A DNA stretch of 64,000 nt from Bacillota bacterium. GTDB taxonomy: Bacteria > Vulcanimicrobiota > JAJTBE01. The stretch spans positions 106 through 64,105 of the forward strand of contig JAJTBE010000030.1 in NCBI GenBank assembly GCA_021287065.1. Reading direction: 5' to 3'. The position numbers were made by a program, and so were the translations under genes. The notes under the pieces are model-generated. The model saw only the letters and a program-made list of their open reading frames with translations. It did not search any database and was not told the origin of the DNA. This document shows, piece after piece, positions 1 through 9,261 of the stretch (within the stretch, counting starts at the first letter, position 1; every line of letters begins with the position of its first letter).

Positions 1-90
1 GCAAACGGGGGAAGAATCCCCCAAACCCCCTCGGCAGGGAAAAACCACCAATTGCACCGAATCGCAGGCTCCGCCTGCTCCTGGGTTATA
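1..90. repeat. Direct duplication: segment 1-90 is repeated at 586-676 (about 585-bp period), each followed by a MITE copy
   Basis: gcaaacgggggaagaatcccccaaaccccctcggca and ccgaatcgcaggc(t/g)c(c/t)gcctgctcctgggttata occur at both 1-90 and 586-676. Confidence 0.8.
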
Positions 91-375
91 ATGTGCTGCC
101 AAAAAATAGCTCAAATCCCCAGCCCAATACTCTTGTTTTTCAGGGAAGGAGGTTTGGAGGGAAACCCGCTTTTCCAAAAAAGCGTAGTTCCCTCTGACTG
201 TCCCAAACCTCCATAGTCCCCCGGTCCTCAAATCCCCCCCGGTCGGTCCCCCAATTCAAAAGTTTTGGGATGGAGGTCCGGAGGAAACTTTTTTCAAAAA
301 GTTTTCTCTGGGAGCTGGGCGAATGGATACAATTCCCGTGAGCGTTCAGGCAAATTCATGCCTTTATTTGGTTGA
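88..375 (+). repeat. MITE-like interspersed repeat, copy A (variant lacking the 29-bp insertion; left TIR not recognisable)
   Basis: About 85-90% identity to copies at 686-978, 12318-12523, 12606-12915, 33601-33893 (rc), 41937-42262 (rc) and 63253-63558 (rc). Contains the internal palindromes gggaaacccgcttttccaaaaaagcgtagttccc and ggaaacttttttcaaaaagttttc. Confidence 0.85.
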
Positions 376-685
376 ATTGTGTTTTTCGTTGAGATGTCTC
401 ATCTATAATTCCTTTTTTGGGAAACCCGCTTTTTGAAAAAAGCTCGTTTCCCAAACCCTTCAGGCAAAAACTTTCAGTGTATCATTTTTCCGTTCTCTTT
501 GATTTTGCTTTCTGCATATCGAGTTTATTGCTGTTTCTTATTCTCACTTTTTTGAAATCTGCTTCGCAGTTTTCAAAAAGGTTGGCAAACGGGGGAAGAA
601 TCCCCCAAACCCCCTCGGCATTTTTATAATCCGCAAATTCTCCGAATCGCAGGCGCTGCCTGCTCCTGGGTTATATTTCAATGTC

Positions 686-978
686 ATCGTATTAGCAAAA
701 ATCACTCCAATCCCAATCCCCAATACTCCTGTTTTTCAAGGAGGGAGGTTCGGAGGGCAACCTCGCTTTTCCAAAAAAACGTGGTTCCCTCTGAGAGTCC
801 CTAAACCCCCCGGTCCCCTTGGTCGGTCCCCCGATTCAAAAGTTTTGGGAAGGCGGGTGCCCGCCCGCAGGGTGGGCGCGAGGAAACTTTTTTCACAAAG
901 TTTTCTCTGGGAGCTGGGCGAATGGCTATAATTCTCGTAAGCGATCAGGTAAATTCATGCCCTAATTCATGGGCATTG
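686..978 (+). repeat. MITE-like interspersed repeat, copy B (variant with the 29-bp GC-rich insertion gggtgcccgcccgcagggtgggcgcgagg)
   Basis: Aligns along its length with copies A, D, F, H and I. Ends with ...catgccctaattcatgggcattg, the right TIR. Confidence 0.85.
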
Positions 979-1123
979 CCCCCCCCGCCAACCGCCATCA
1001 AACCCTTCCCTGAATGGTGAAACGACTCCATCAGTTTATAAGATCCTTTAGCAAAATCGCATTATAGGCGAATAACATACTTACCCGAAAAATTACCTCC
1101 CGCTGACTCAAATATAAAAAACC

Positions 1124-1155
1124 GCAGATTTCAAACCTCTGCGGTTTTTTTTATA
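1124..1155 (-). terminator. Rho-independent terminator downstream of the CHAP-like gene (usable in both directions)
   Basis: GC hairpin ccgcag-aggtttgaaat-ctgcgg flanked by A-run and T-run (aaaaaaccgcagatttcaaacctctgcggtttttttt). Confidence 0.7.
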
Positions 1156-1197
1156 ACATTTTTTAACAGAATCCGGAAGATAATGCTTCCTGAATCA

Positions 1198-1860
1198 TTA
1201 CTGCTGATTCAGATGGTAATATACACCTGCGGTGACATCTTTATCCCGTTCTGTAATTGTCTGGTAGCTGTGGCCGTTGTTATTTGAGCCTATGGTTTTC
1301 GCCCCGCCCTTTTCCGATACAAGCTCGGTATGCTTTCTGCCTTTTCCGATCCAGACATCGCCCGGTTGGGCATCTTCAGCGGAAACCTGTGAATAACCGT
1401 GGGCTTTGAGTGATTTTTCAAGGCCTTTTACTGTTGTCTGATGGTCATCAAGCCTGCCTACTGTTTTTAATGCTGATGATACGAAATCCGCGCAGTTATT
1501 ATCTTTTCCGCCTGCTGCGGTAAAATTGGGCATTTTTCCTTTAATTTTTGCTGAACGCTGATTTTCATATTTTCTTGCCAAATCCACTGCGTCCTGACCT
1601 GAACCAACTTTTTTTGCGGCATTGTCCTGCCCTATGAGACCTGCAACATTCACTTTGTTCTGATCGTCCTGTAAATGTTCACCTTTTTTTACTTCATCAC
1701 TGAGGGCAACGCCGTCTGTCGCCTGTGGCGGCTGAGCCTGTGCGCCTGCTGCGGATTCCTGCTGTCTTGTTGTCTGCTTTATGGAACCTGCCCCTGAAGT
1801 CTCACGAATCTGGCTGGTTGAATTCTGACTTGATCCTACTCTGTCAATCATGTTGTGCAC
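1198..1860 (-). CDS. CHAP/NlpC-P60-like cysteine peptidase (putative cell-wall amidase) with a low-complexity Q/A-rich N-terminal half
   Basis: 220-aa ORF. The C-terminal half has the NCADFVSSAL Cys motif and a downstream GDVWIGKGRKHTEL...NNGHSYQTI His region, typical of the CHAP/NlpC-P60 fold. A terminator follows. Confidence 0.6.
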   Translation of the reverse strand: MHNMIDRVGSSQNSTSQIRETSGAGSIKQTTRQQESAAGAQAQPPQATDGVALSDEVKKGEHLQDDQNKVNVAGLIGQDNAAKKVGSGQDAVDLARKYENQRSAKIKGKMPNFTAAGGKDNNCADFVSSALKTVGRLDDHQTTVKGLEKSLKAHGYSQVSAEDAQPGDVWIGKGRKHTELVSEKGGAKTIGSNNNGHSYQTITERDKDVTAGVYYHLNQQ

Positions 1861-1939
1861 CGCCTTGATCTAATGTTTTCTTTATTATAATATGTAAAGT
1901 ATTAACATGGTATTTTAAAAAGGTAAAATAAATGTTAAA

Positions 1940-2653
1940 ATGTTAAAGATGTGTAACAAATTTGTTAAATTTTTCCGTTCGGTGGCCACTATGAAAATCC
2001 ATAATTTGGTTATTCCGGCTTTTGCCATTATTATACTGTTTTCAGGATTCCTTTCCGGCTGCACTTCTCAGGGAAATGCCCATACCGGAAAAAACGGATC
2101 CGGCGGGGGATTTTCCATTTTCGGAATAAAACCTTCACCCTCCCCAAAAATCAAACTCTCCGCAAGACAGCAGAAACTCATCGAAGGCGCCCGATCCAGA
2201 ATCGGTGATGTTTATGACGATTCGTGGTATGCCGACGGCTTCCCCCCAGCCGGGAGAAGCGCTTGTGTTGATATAGTCTATTTCGCTTATAAAAATAATA
2301 ATTTCGACCTGCAGACAAAAGTAAACGAGGATATAAAACAGAACAGCGGACTTTATCCTGCAGTAGGTGATTACGCTATAAACCACCGGCGCTGCCCCAA
2401 TCTTATTGTGTGGTTTTCGAGGTTTGCTAAAAAACTGCCTCTGGAAACGGACAAAAAGCACATTGCTCAATGGAAACCGGGCGATGTGATTTTCTGGAGT
2501 ATGCAGAACGACGGAGTTGCCGACCATATAGGCCTTGTCAGCGATCAGTTCAGCCCCGACGGAGTGCCTCTCGTCATTCATCAGGCTGCACCAACCTGTG
2601 TTGAGGAAAATGCTATGAATACCTGGAAAATTATGGGGCATTTCAGACTATGA
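1940..2653 (+). CDS. Lipoprotein, DUF1287-like (NlpC/P60-related fold)
   Basis: Signal peptide with lipobox LSGC. Motifs SACVDIVYFAY, NHRRCPNL, WKPGDVIFW, DHIGLVSD and GHFRL match what I recall of the DUF1287 family. Confidence 0.6.
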   Translation: MLKMCNKFVKFFRSVATMKIHNLVIPAFAIIILFSGFLSGCTSQGNAHTGKNGSGGGFSIFGIKPSPSPKIKLSARQQKLIEGARSRIGDVYDDSWYADGFPPAGRSACVDIVYFAYKNNNFDLQTKVNEDIKQNSGLYPAVGDYAINHRRCPNLIVWFSRFAKKLPLETDKKHIAQWKPGDVIFWSMQNDGVADHIGLVSDQFSPDGVPLVIHQAAPTCVEENAMNTWKIMGHFRL

Positions 2654-3402
2654 ACAATTCCGGAATTTTACCGTATTTTTCAGTAATTATGCCTGCTTAC
2701 AACGAAGAATCCGTTGTGGAAAATACCATTTCCGATCTGATAACTGAAATGGAATCACCCCGTTATGCCGAATTCTGCAACACTCCCGCAGGGAAAGACT
2801 GGTTTGAGATTGTTGTAACCGACGACGGCAGCAAAGACCGCACTTTCGATTCACTCATCAGAATCGGTGAAAAAGATAAGAGAATCAGGATTTTCAGACA
2901 CGACAAAAACCTTGGCTTTGGTGCAGCTGTTATGAACAGTGTTGGCAGAGCCAAAGGGGAAAAACTTCTTCTGGTCCCCTCCGACGGTCAGTTTGATCCC
3001 GGAGAAATCATAAAATTCATAAAAGCTCTCGACGGATATGATCTTGTTATTGGCGTAAGGCCCGACAGACAGGGATACAACATCTTCAGAAAGTTTGTTT
3101 CGTTTGTTTATATCAGTCTGGTTAAGATGCTATTCGGAAAATCATATAAAGATACCAACTGGGTTCAGGCATGGAAAAGAGATGTCTTTCTTAAAATAAA
3201 ACCTCAGAGCAGCGGGGTTTTTTTTCTTCAGGAAACCATAACCCTCGCAGCAGGTGAACATTTCAGAACCGGGGAAGTGCCCTCAAGCCATATTGCAAGG
3301 GAAAAGGGAAAGGCAAGCGGTGGGAGATTATCCGTAATTCTCTTTACTCTTTTTGAAATGCTGAAATTCCGCTTCACTACAAAAAACCATGGTTCCCTCT
3401 GA
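2650..3402 (+). CDS. Family-2 glycosyltransferase (dolichol-phosphate mannosyltransferase-like)
   Basis: FSVIMPAYNEE, VVTDDGS..., DKNLGFGAA, LVPSDGQFDP and a C-terminal TM helix. Its ATG overlaps the upstream stop. Confidence 0.8.
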   Translation: MNNSGILPYFSVIMPAYNEESVVENTISDLITEMESPRYAEFCNTPAGKDWFEIVVTDDGSKDRTFDSLIRIGEKDKRIRIFRHDKNLGFGAAVMNSVGRAKGEKLLLVPSDGQFDPGEIIKFIKALDGYDLVIGVRPDRQGYNIFRKFVSFVYISLVKMLFGKSYKDTNWVQAWKRDVFLKIKPQSSGVFFLQETITLAAGEHFRTGEVPSSHIAREKGKASGGRLSVILFTLFEMLKFRFTTKNHGSL

Positions 3403-3570
3403 GCGCCCCGATTCCTGAAAATTTCTCCCTGATTCATTGACATCATTTTAGTTTTTTTTTCACAATCTCTTATTCTCTCCTTATGAAAATTTAAAAACTC
3501 ACATGAAGGATAAACTTCCGAATAATTTAATTTATAGATTAGTTGTCAAACAAAAACAGGAGGAGAAACA

Positions 3571-4014
3571 ATGCCGGAAACTTATACAAAAGAACAGATT
3601 CAGGAAATGATAAAAGGTATTATCAGGGGGAGCCATGTTGCTTCAATGGCAACAGTGTGGGAAGACAGGCCCTGGGTCAGATACATTATGACCCACAACG
3701 ACGGCGATAATATGAGCCTCTACACATCAACCAGCGTAAAACTTAGAAAAGTCGCCCATGTCAGAGCTAACCATCATGTTCACCTCACACTGGGATGGGA
3801 ATCTCAGAATCCCGGCCCCTATGTTCAGTTTGTCGGAACAGCAATCATCCACACAGATGAAGAAACAAAGAAAAAACAGTGGAAGCCTCAGTTCGAGCCT
3901 TTCTTCGGCAATGCGGACAATCCCGACTATTGCATAATTGAATTCATTCCCGATTACATCGAGGTATGGGGATATACTGAAAATGCAAAAGACTGCCTGA
4001 TGTGGGAAGCTTAA
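3571..4014 (+). CDS. Pyridoxamine 5'-phosphate oxidase-like FMN-binding protein (general stress protein 26 family)
   Basis: 147 aa, RBS ggaggag upstream. HVASMATV...PWVRYIM and HVHLTL are characteristic of PNPOx-like split-barrel proteins. Confidence 0.7.
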   Translation: MPETYTKEQIQEMIKGIIRGSHVASMATVWEDRPWVRYIMTHNDGDNMSLYTSTSVKLRKVAHVRANHHVHLTLGWESQNPGPYVQFVGTAIIHTDEETKKKQWKPQFEPFFGNADNPDYCIIEFIPDYIEVWGYTENAKDCLMWEA

Positions 4015-4175
4015 TTATTCTGATTCAGTAATTATTTGAAAATATCCGGGAAAATTATCCGGTTTCTTCTGCTGAAAAATTCTCAGCCAGCCTCACCGGA
4101 GGCGGGCAGGAAATTGACTGCAGAGACTGTGCCGGTGGATTTTCCCGGATTGTCATTTTATCCGCCGGAGGAGCT

Positions 4176-6017
4176 TTGTCTATGAACCATTCCGACATAA
4201 ACCCGGTTCCCGGGCAGATTCTGAATGGACGCTATGAAGTTCTTGAAAAGCTGCATGCCGGAGCAATGGGAGTCGTTTACCGGGCGAAGGACCAGCGATT
4301 AAATAAGATTTTTGCTCTCAAGTCCATGATTACTCCCGATGCTGAAGCTGATAGGAGCAGGGCGGGGGAGTGGTTTGAACGGGAAGCAAACATCCTGTGC
4401 AATTTAAGACATCCCGGAATTCCTGTTGTTACCGACTTTTTTGAAGAACTCCGCAGGCTTTGGCTTGTGATGGATTTTATAGATGGAATAAATCTTGGAT
4501 CCATGCCTCTTCCGGTCAGTGAAGCGGAAGCGGTAAAAGTAGCTCTTCTGGCTCTCGATATTCTGAAATACATACATAAAAAGGGTATAATTCACCGGGA
4601 TATAAAAACAGAACACTTCATTCTTGAAAACAGCTCAAACCGTTATTTTCTTGTGGATTTCGGAACCGCCCGATTCGCAAAACCTGCCGCCGTAAAAACC
4701 GCCATCGGAACCCACGGCTTCGCTTCCCCTGAGCATTACGAAGGCAAAGCTGATGCAGTTTCCGATATTTATTCCCTCGGTGCCGTTCTTCACCATATCC
4801 TTACCGCAAAAGACCCCAGAAACGGAATTCCTTTTGAATTTGAGCCTATTGAAAAAGCTGCTCCCGGTGTGTCTCAGAAAATGGCGTTTGTTGTTGATAA
4901 AGCACTTTCTTATTATCCCAAGGACAGATTTCAGAATGCGGAAGAAATGGAAAAAATTCTGAATGAATATACCACCGCCGACAGCAATTCCAAATCCGGC
5001 AAAACGGAATCTTCACAGGCACACAATACAAAAATTATGCCCCATTCCCCTGCAAAAGCAAGATCAGGAAGCACTCCCTCCGTTTTTTTATCCCCGGAAC
5101 CTGTTGAAATTCCTAAGATAACAGGCAGATTCAACCTCCGACATGCCGGACTTGTCAAAAAGGCACTTTTTATATCAGATGTAACAATCGCAGTTGTTTT
5201 CTATGATGGAACAGTTGTTTTCAGAAACTCAGCCGACGGCAAAGACGAAGGTTCTCTCACCAATATCGGTGCTTTTGCAGCAAACTGCTGCGATGCTGCG
5301 GTTTCCCCTGATTACGAAACCCTTGCCCTTGCTATGGATGATAAGAGAATTTTTCTGTGGAACCTGAATACCCGGAGAAGAACAGCAACCCTGTCGGAAC
5401 ATACAAGAGTGTTATCCTGTGTCCGGTTTGGCACAAAAGGAAAAATCATCTCAGGAGATTCCGGAGGGAATATCTGCATATGGAATACTTCGCCGGTTCG
5501 GTTCAAAGGTTCCGCAAATATGGGAAATTCTGCCTGCACAGCCCTCGCCTTTGGGGAAAATGATAAAATTTTCTTCTGTGGAAATGACCAGGGTTTCATC
5601 TTCAACGGAAATACAATTTTCCTTGAAAACGAAGATGCGGAATTTAAAAGCAGGCAGATTCATAACGGCTCAATAATATCGATTTTTCATTCCGGAGCCG
5701 ATGATAAGTTAATTACCACAGGAGTTGACGGATTTATCAGAATTCACAAAATCGAATCAGGCTCCCGCCTGCAGCTTCAGAATATATCAGAATTGAATTT
5801 TAACGGAAGACCGGTGAAATCAACTGCCTTCAATAATCAGAAAAACCTGATCGCCGCTGGGTTTGAAGACGGGGGAACCGCCATAATCAACTTCTCCGGA
5901 CTGAATATAACCGTAGAAACGAAAGAACATACAAAACCTGTGGAAAGCGTGGATATATCCCCAAATGGAAAAATAATCTGCACCGCAGACGAAGATGAGA
6001 TTATTTTGTGGGGATAG
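4176..6017 (+). CDS. Ser/Thr protein kinase fused to a C-terminal WD40-like beta-propeller
   Basis: Kinase subdomains GAMGVVYRAKD, ALKSM, HRDIKTEHFIL, DFGTA and ASPEH are present. The usual KPxN is KTEH (the Mg-binding Asn is replaced by His). The C-terminal half has repeated WD-like blades (ICIWN, IILWG). Confidence 0.85.
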   Translation: MSMNHSDINPVPGQILNGRYEVLEKLHAGAMGVVYRAKDQRLNKIFALKSMITPDAEADRSRAGEWFEREANILCNLRHPGIPVVTDFFEELRRLWLVMDFIDGINLGSMPLPVSEAEAVKVALLALDILKYIHKKGIIHRDIKTEHFILENSSNRYFLVDFGTARFAKPAAVKTAIGTHGFASPEHYEGKADAVSDIYSLGAVLHHILTAKDPRNGIPFEFEPIEKAAPGVSQKMAFVVDKALSYYPKDRFQNAEEMEKILNEYTTADSNSKSGKTESSQAHNTKIMPHSPAKARSGSTPSVFLSPEPVEIPKITGRFNLRHAGLVKKALFISDVTIAVVFYDGTVVFRNSADGKDEGSLTNIGAFAANCCDAAVSPDYETLALAMDDKRIFLWNLNTRRRTATLSEHTRVLSCVRFGTKGKIISGDSGGNICIWNTSPVRFKGSANMGNSACTALAFGENDKIFFCGNDQGFIFNGNTIFLENEDAEFKSRQIHNGSIISIFHSGADDKLITTGVDGFIRIHKIESGSRLQLQNISELNFNGRPVKSTAFNNQKNLIAAGFEDGGTAIINFSGLNITVETKEHTKPVESVDISPNGKIICTADEDEIILWG

Positions 6018-6095
6018 AAAAAAACCGGGCAGGATTGAAGCTTCCTTTAGAGTAATACTGAACGGGGATAGTGGAATGTCAGAAAAGGGGTAGAT

Positions 6096-6821
6096 GTGAT
6101 GGAAAAACAGAAACAATATTTTGAAAACCGTGATGAAGATAAACGAACCGATCTTCACAAAGCGGCAATTATCGGCGACAGAAAACTGATTACTTCTCTT
6201 CTTACCAAAGGCGCTGATGTTAACGCCCGGGACATAAACGGAGCTACTCCCCTGCATTTTGCTGCTCTGATGGGACATAAAAAATGCCTGATTATTCTAA
6301 TCTCACATAAATCGGATCCCAATGCCGGAGATAACAACGGGGCAACCCCTCTCCATCTTTCCGTTTATATGGGGCACAAAAAAGCAACCCTGCTTCTGAT
6401 TTCCAACGGCGCCAATATCAACGCCAAAGATAACTTTGGCGATATGCCCCTCGAAATAGCCGTCCGTCAGAATAATAAGGAACTTACCAATCTTCTTCTT
6501 GCCAATGGTGCAGCCGTCAACGAAAGATCGGGCCAGGGCCTCACCGCTCTGCATTATGCTGTTGTCGGCGGCAATGATAATATTGTTTCCCTGCTTCTTG
6601 CCAACGGCGCCGATGCCAACCTGCCGGAAACAACCGGCAGAACTCCCCTCCACATGGCAGCCTACCTCGGATATGGCAAAATTGCGGAAAGTCTGCTTAA
6701 AAAAGGCGCCGCCATTCACGCTGTTTCCGCAGAAAATTTTAATGCCGTTGAACACGCTGTCGCTGCAGGCCATAGGGCATTGGCGGAACTGCTGCAGAAA
6801 GAATCGGGAAAAAGCAGATAA
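6096..6821 (+). CDS. Ankyrin-repeat protein (about 7 repeats)
   Basis: Reiterated G(A)TPLH(F/L)AA...GH...LL...GA(D/N)(V/I)NA motifs. Confidence 0.9.
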   Translation: MMEKQKQYFENRDEDKRTDLHKAAIIGDRKLITSLLTKGADVNARDINGATPLHFAALMGHKKCLIILISHKSDPNAGDNNGATPLHLSVYMGHKKATLLLISNGANINAKDNFGDMPLEIAVRQNNKELTNLLLANGAAVNERSGQGLTALHYAVVGGNDNIVSLLLANGADANLPETTGRTPLHMAAYLGYGKIAESLLKKGAAIHAVSAENFNAVEHAVAAGHRALAELLQKESGKSR

Positions 6822-6902
6822 TTTTGTAATCAGGAAGGATAATAATTCAATCCAAAGAATTGTCATCCCCTGTTATTTCTATTTAGACCGGAAGATCCAT
6901 CA

Positions 6903-7562
6903 ATGATTGAAGCTGTTTCTCAAAAAAAGGAAAAAAACTGGCTGGATACTCTTGCCCTTTTAATATCAGGCGTACTCAGCCCTTATCTTATTATGCCCGT
7001 TTTTGTGGTAATCGTTTGTCTTACTTATTCAAAAACAATCACCGAATTCATCACATATTTTCTGTTGTGCTTTTCAGCATCAACAATCATACCTTTTGTA
7101 TATATATTGATTTGTGTAAAACGCAACAATATCACCGATTTGCATGTGGCTGAACTGGGACAGAGAAAGAAGCCTTTTATAGTAACCCTTGTGGGTGTAG
7201 CATTGATAATCGGAATTCTTACGATGATTCATGCACCAAAGGAAATAATTATTCTTGGTTATGTAATGCTTCTAAACGGCTTTATCTTCTTCATAATCAG
7301 CCTGTTCTGGAAAATCAGTATGCATTCATCCATTCTTGCCGGTGTTGTAACATCCCTGATGGTGCTCGTTAATTCAACCTACGGCTACGGTTTTCTCCTT
7401 ATCCCCATCCTTATCTGGGCAAGAATGAGAAGACAGCGCCATAGTCTTTATCAGGGCATTACAGCCACCATTCTGGCAAGTCTCGGAACATTTCTTTTAT
7501 TCAAGGCTTTTGGATATCAGCTCATAAAAACAGCATTAGCTTACATCTTACATTGTGCCTGA
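6903..7562 (+). CDS. Polytopic inner-membrane protein of unknown function (possibly PAP2-like)
   Basis: 219 aa with about six hydrophobic helices. Weak SMHSS / RRQRH motifs reminiscent of PAP2, not conclusive. Confidence 0.5.
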   Translation: MIEAVSQKKEKNWLDTLALLISGVLSPYLIMPVFVVIVCLTYSKTITEFITYFLLCFSASTIIPFVYILICVKRNNITDLHVAELGQRKKPFIVTLVGVALIIGILTMIHAPKEIIILGYVMLLNGFIFFIISLFWKISMHSSILAGVVTSLMVLVNSTYGYGFLLIPILIWARMRRQRHSLYQGITATILASLGTFLLFKAFGYQLIKTALAYILHCA

Positions 7563-7660
7563 TGTGCAGCTGATGCCGGTTTTTTGAAAAAGTATTTGAA
7601 TTCACAGCTCCGATATGGATTCAGCAGGTCTGCTTTTGTCAAACCTGCCGCAGGCTTTGC

Positions 7661-8869
7661 CTAATTCCACTTATTGCCGTCATCCCAGAACTGAGCTAAA
7701 CCTTTCTTATGGTAAAGCTTCATCAAATCCTGAAAGAAGTAATCTCTTTTGACGCGGTATTTTTCGCCCACTATCGAAACTATATAGTCTTCATCAAAGT
7801 TTTCAAGGATAGCCAGAGCTTCTTCCCTGAGGGGGAACCTTACTTCCCTTTTAACAAAACTTTCGTCCTCGGTAACATAACAGACATCCATCTCCTCGTA
7901 TCTTTCATCATCAAGAAGATTGTAGATAAACTTAACGATCTCCTGATCTCTGTAGAAAGAGAGCATTCTCAGGGCTATCTGCGCCTTGAGGAGATCATTT
8001 TCCGCCTTTGCGATAACTTCGAAAAGCCCTCTGAAACTGTGCTCGGCACAGATAATATTCATATCAAGGGCTACCTGTTCTATTTCGTCAATTGAAGAAA
8101 AACCTTCAAGAATATGCCTTCTGAACTGTCTCAGGCAGTTCAGCGCCCGGGGACCGCCGATAATAGCCAGGGAATCCATAGCTGTAAACGGAATTATATC
8201 ATCACTCATATACAGGTATTTATTGAGAACAGGAATAAAATCATCCCATCCCGGATTTCCGAGGGCTTCAATTATCTGTTCAATATAAATCTCACGCTCC
8301 TCGAACATTTCATCCGGAGGTATGGTTTCGTAATAAACAAGAGCGTCATAGAGGTATTTCTTGAGTCTGTCGTTTTTCAGCATTTTTGCTGTAAGAATGT
8401 ACTCAAACCCGAAATCATAATATCCGGCGCAGAACTTCTGAATTACATATTCCCTGTTGTTAATAGTCTGTATGAGAAAGCGGACATGATCCGTATCTGA
8501 AAAGCCCGGAGCATTTTCGATGCTCGCTGTCATGTTGGAAAGAAGATGGTAGAACAGATTCAGCAGTTCATCCCGTTTGGAAAACTCTTCCATTATGAAA
8601 CCGTTGTAACGGGCAATCTGACACGCAAATATAAAAACCGACTCCGCCTCAGCTTCACTGTAGAAATATGAATCAAGCCTGTCCAGAATTATTTCTGTAA
8701 TTGCGCATATCTTAAAAATGATATTTTCCGGCCTTCTCAGTTCTGCCAGTTTTTTCAGCTCATAAAAAAGCTCGTTGTCCATTGCGGGGAGGACAGGATT
8801 TCTGTCAATATCTTCCTCACCGGGAAGTATGTTAAAATAATTCCAGTCTTTGTACAAATAAGTCTCCAT
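7661..8869 (-). CDS. Acidic cytoplasmic protein with HEAT / PBS-lyase-like repeats
   Basis: 402-aa ORF. The segment EALGNPGWDDFIPVLNKYL...SLAIIGGPRALNCL resembles PBS-lyase HEAT repeats. Confidence 0.5.
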   Translation of the reverse strand: METYLYKDWNYFNILPGEEDIDRNPVLPAMDNELFYELKKLAELRRPENIIFKICAITEIILDRLDSYFYSEAEAESVFIFACQIARYNGFIMEEFSKRDELLNLFYHLLSNMTASIENAPGFSDTDHVRFLIQTINNREYVIQKFCAGYYDFGFEYILTAKMLKNDRLKKYLYDALVYYETIPPDEMFEEREIYIEQIIEALGNPGWDDFIPVLNKYLYMSDDIIPFTAMDSLAIIGGPRALNCLRQFRRHILEGFSSIDEIEQVALDMNIICAEHSFRGLFEVIAKAENDLLKAQIALRMLSFYRDQEIVKFIYNLLDDERYEEMDVCYVTEDESFVKREVRFPLREEALAILENFDEDYIVSIVGEKYRVKRDYFFQDLMKLYHKKGLAQFWDDGNKWN

Positions 8870-9261
8870 TTAACATACAGGATTTGAATTTGTCTGTTGG
8901 CTGCCTCAGCCTCCACCGGCATAAAAGAACCTGATTTTCCGGAAATCAGCGGGCATAACATACTTGTTTTTCCTGATTTTACTGTTTAAAAAAATATATC
9001 TCTTTTATTTTAGATCCTGCCTGTGGATAAGTCAAGGGACACCCATGTTTTGCCTGCTTATTTTGATTGAACAATAGAGGTTTTCACATCTCTGATTGCG
9101 AATAAACAACATGTAAAAGTCCCTTTATCAGGATTCGTATGAAACATATACGAAAGTCTGTACTTTCAAATTTCAAAGGGATTGAAAAAACACCCGGTGA
9201 ATTAAACACATAGACGCGTGTTGTGCCAAAATACTAATCACAGATATAGACGAGGGTAGCA

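Noticed and set aside
417-629. 70-aa ORF and similar short ORFs (12398-12955, 13199-13453, 63161-63601) lying inside MITE copies
   Set aside because: They are encoded within repeat copies in varying frames and orientations, and are not conserved as proteins between copies.
2135-2641. 168-aa antisense ORF overlapping the DUF1287 lipoprotein gene
   Set aside because: It is wholly embedded antisense to a gene with clear signal peptide, lipobox and family motifs. It has no RBS.
9180-9260. Possible sigma-28 (TAAA-N15-GCCGATAA) promoter upstream of motA
   Set aside because: Only a weak match (ttaaac ... gccaaaat with 18-nt spacing), so I cannot support a promoter call.
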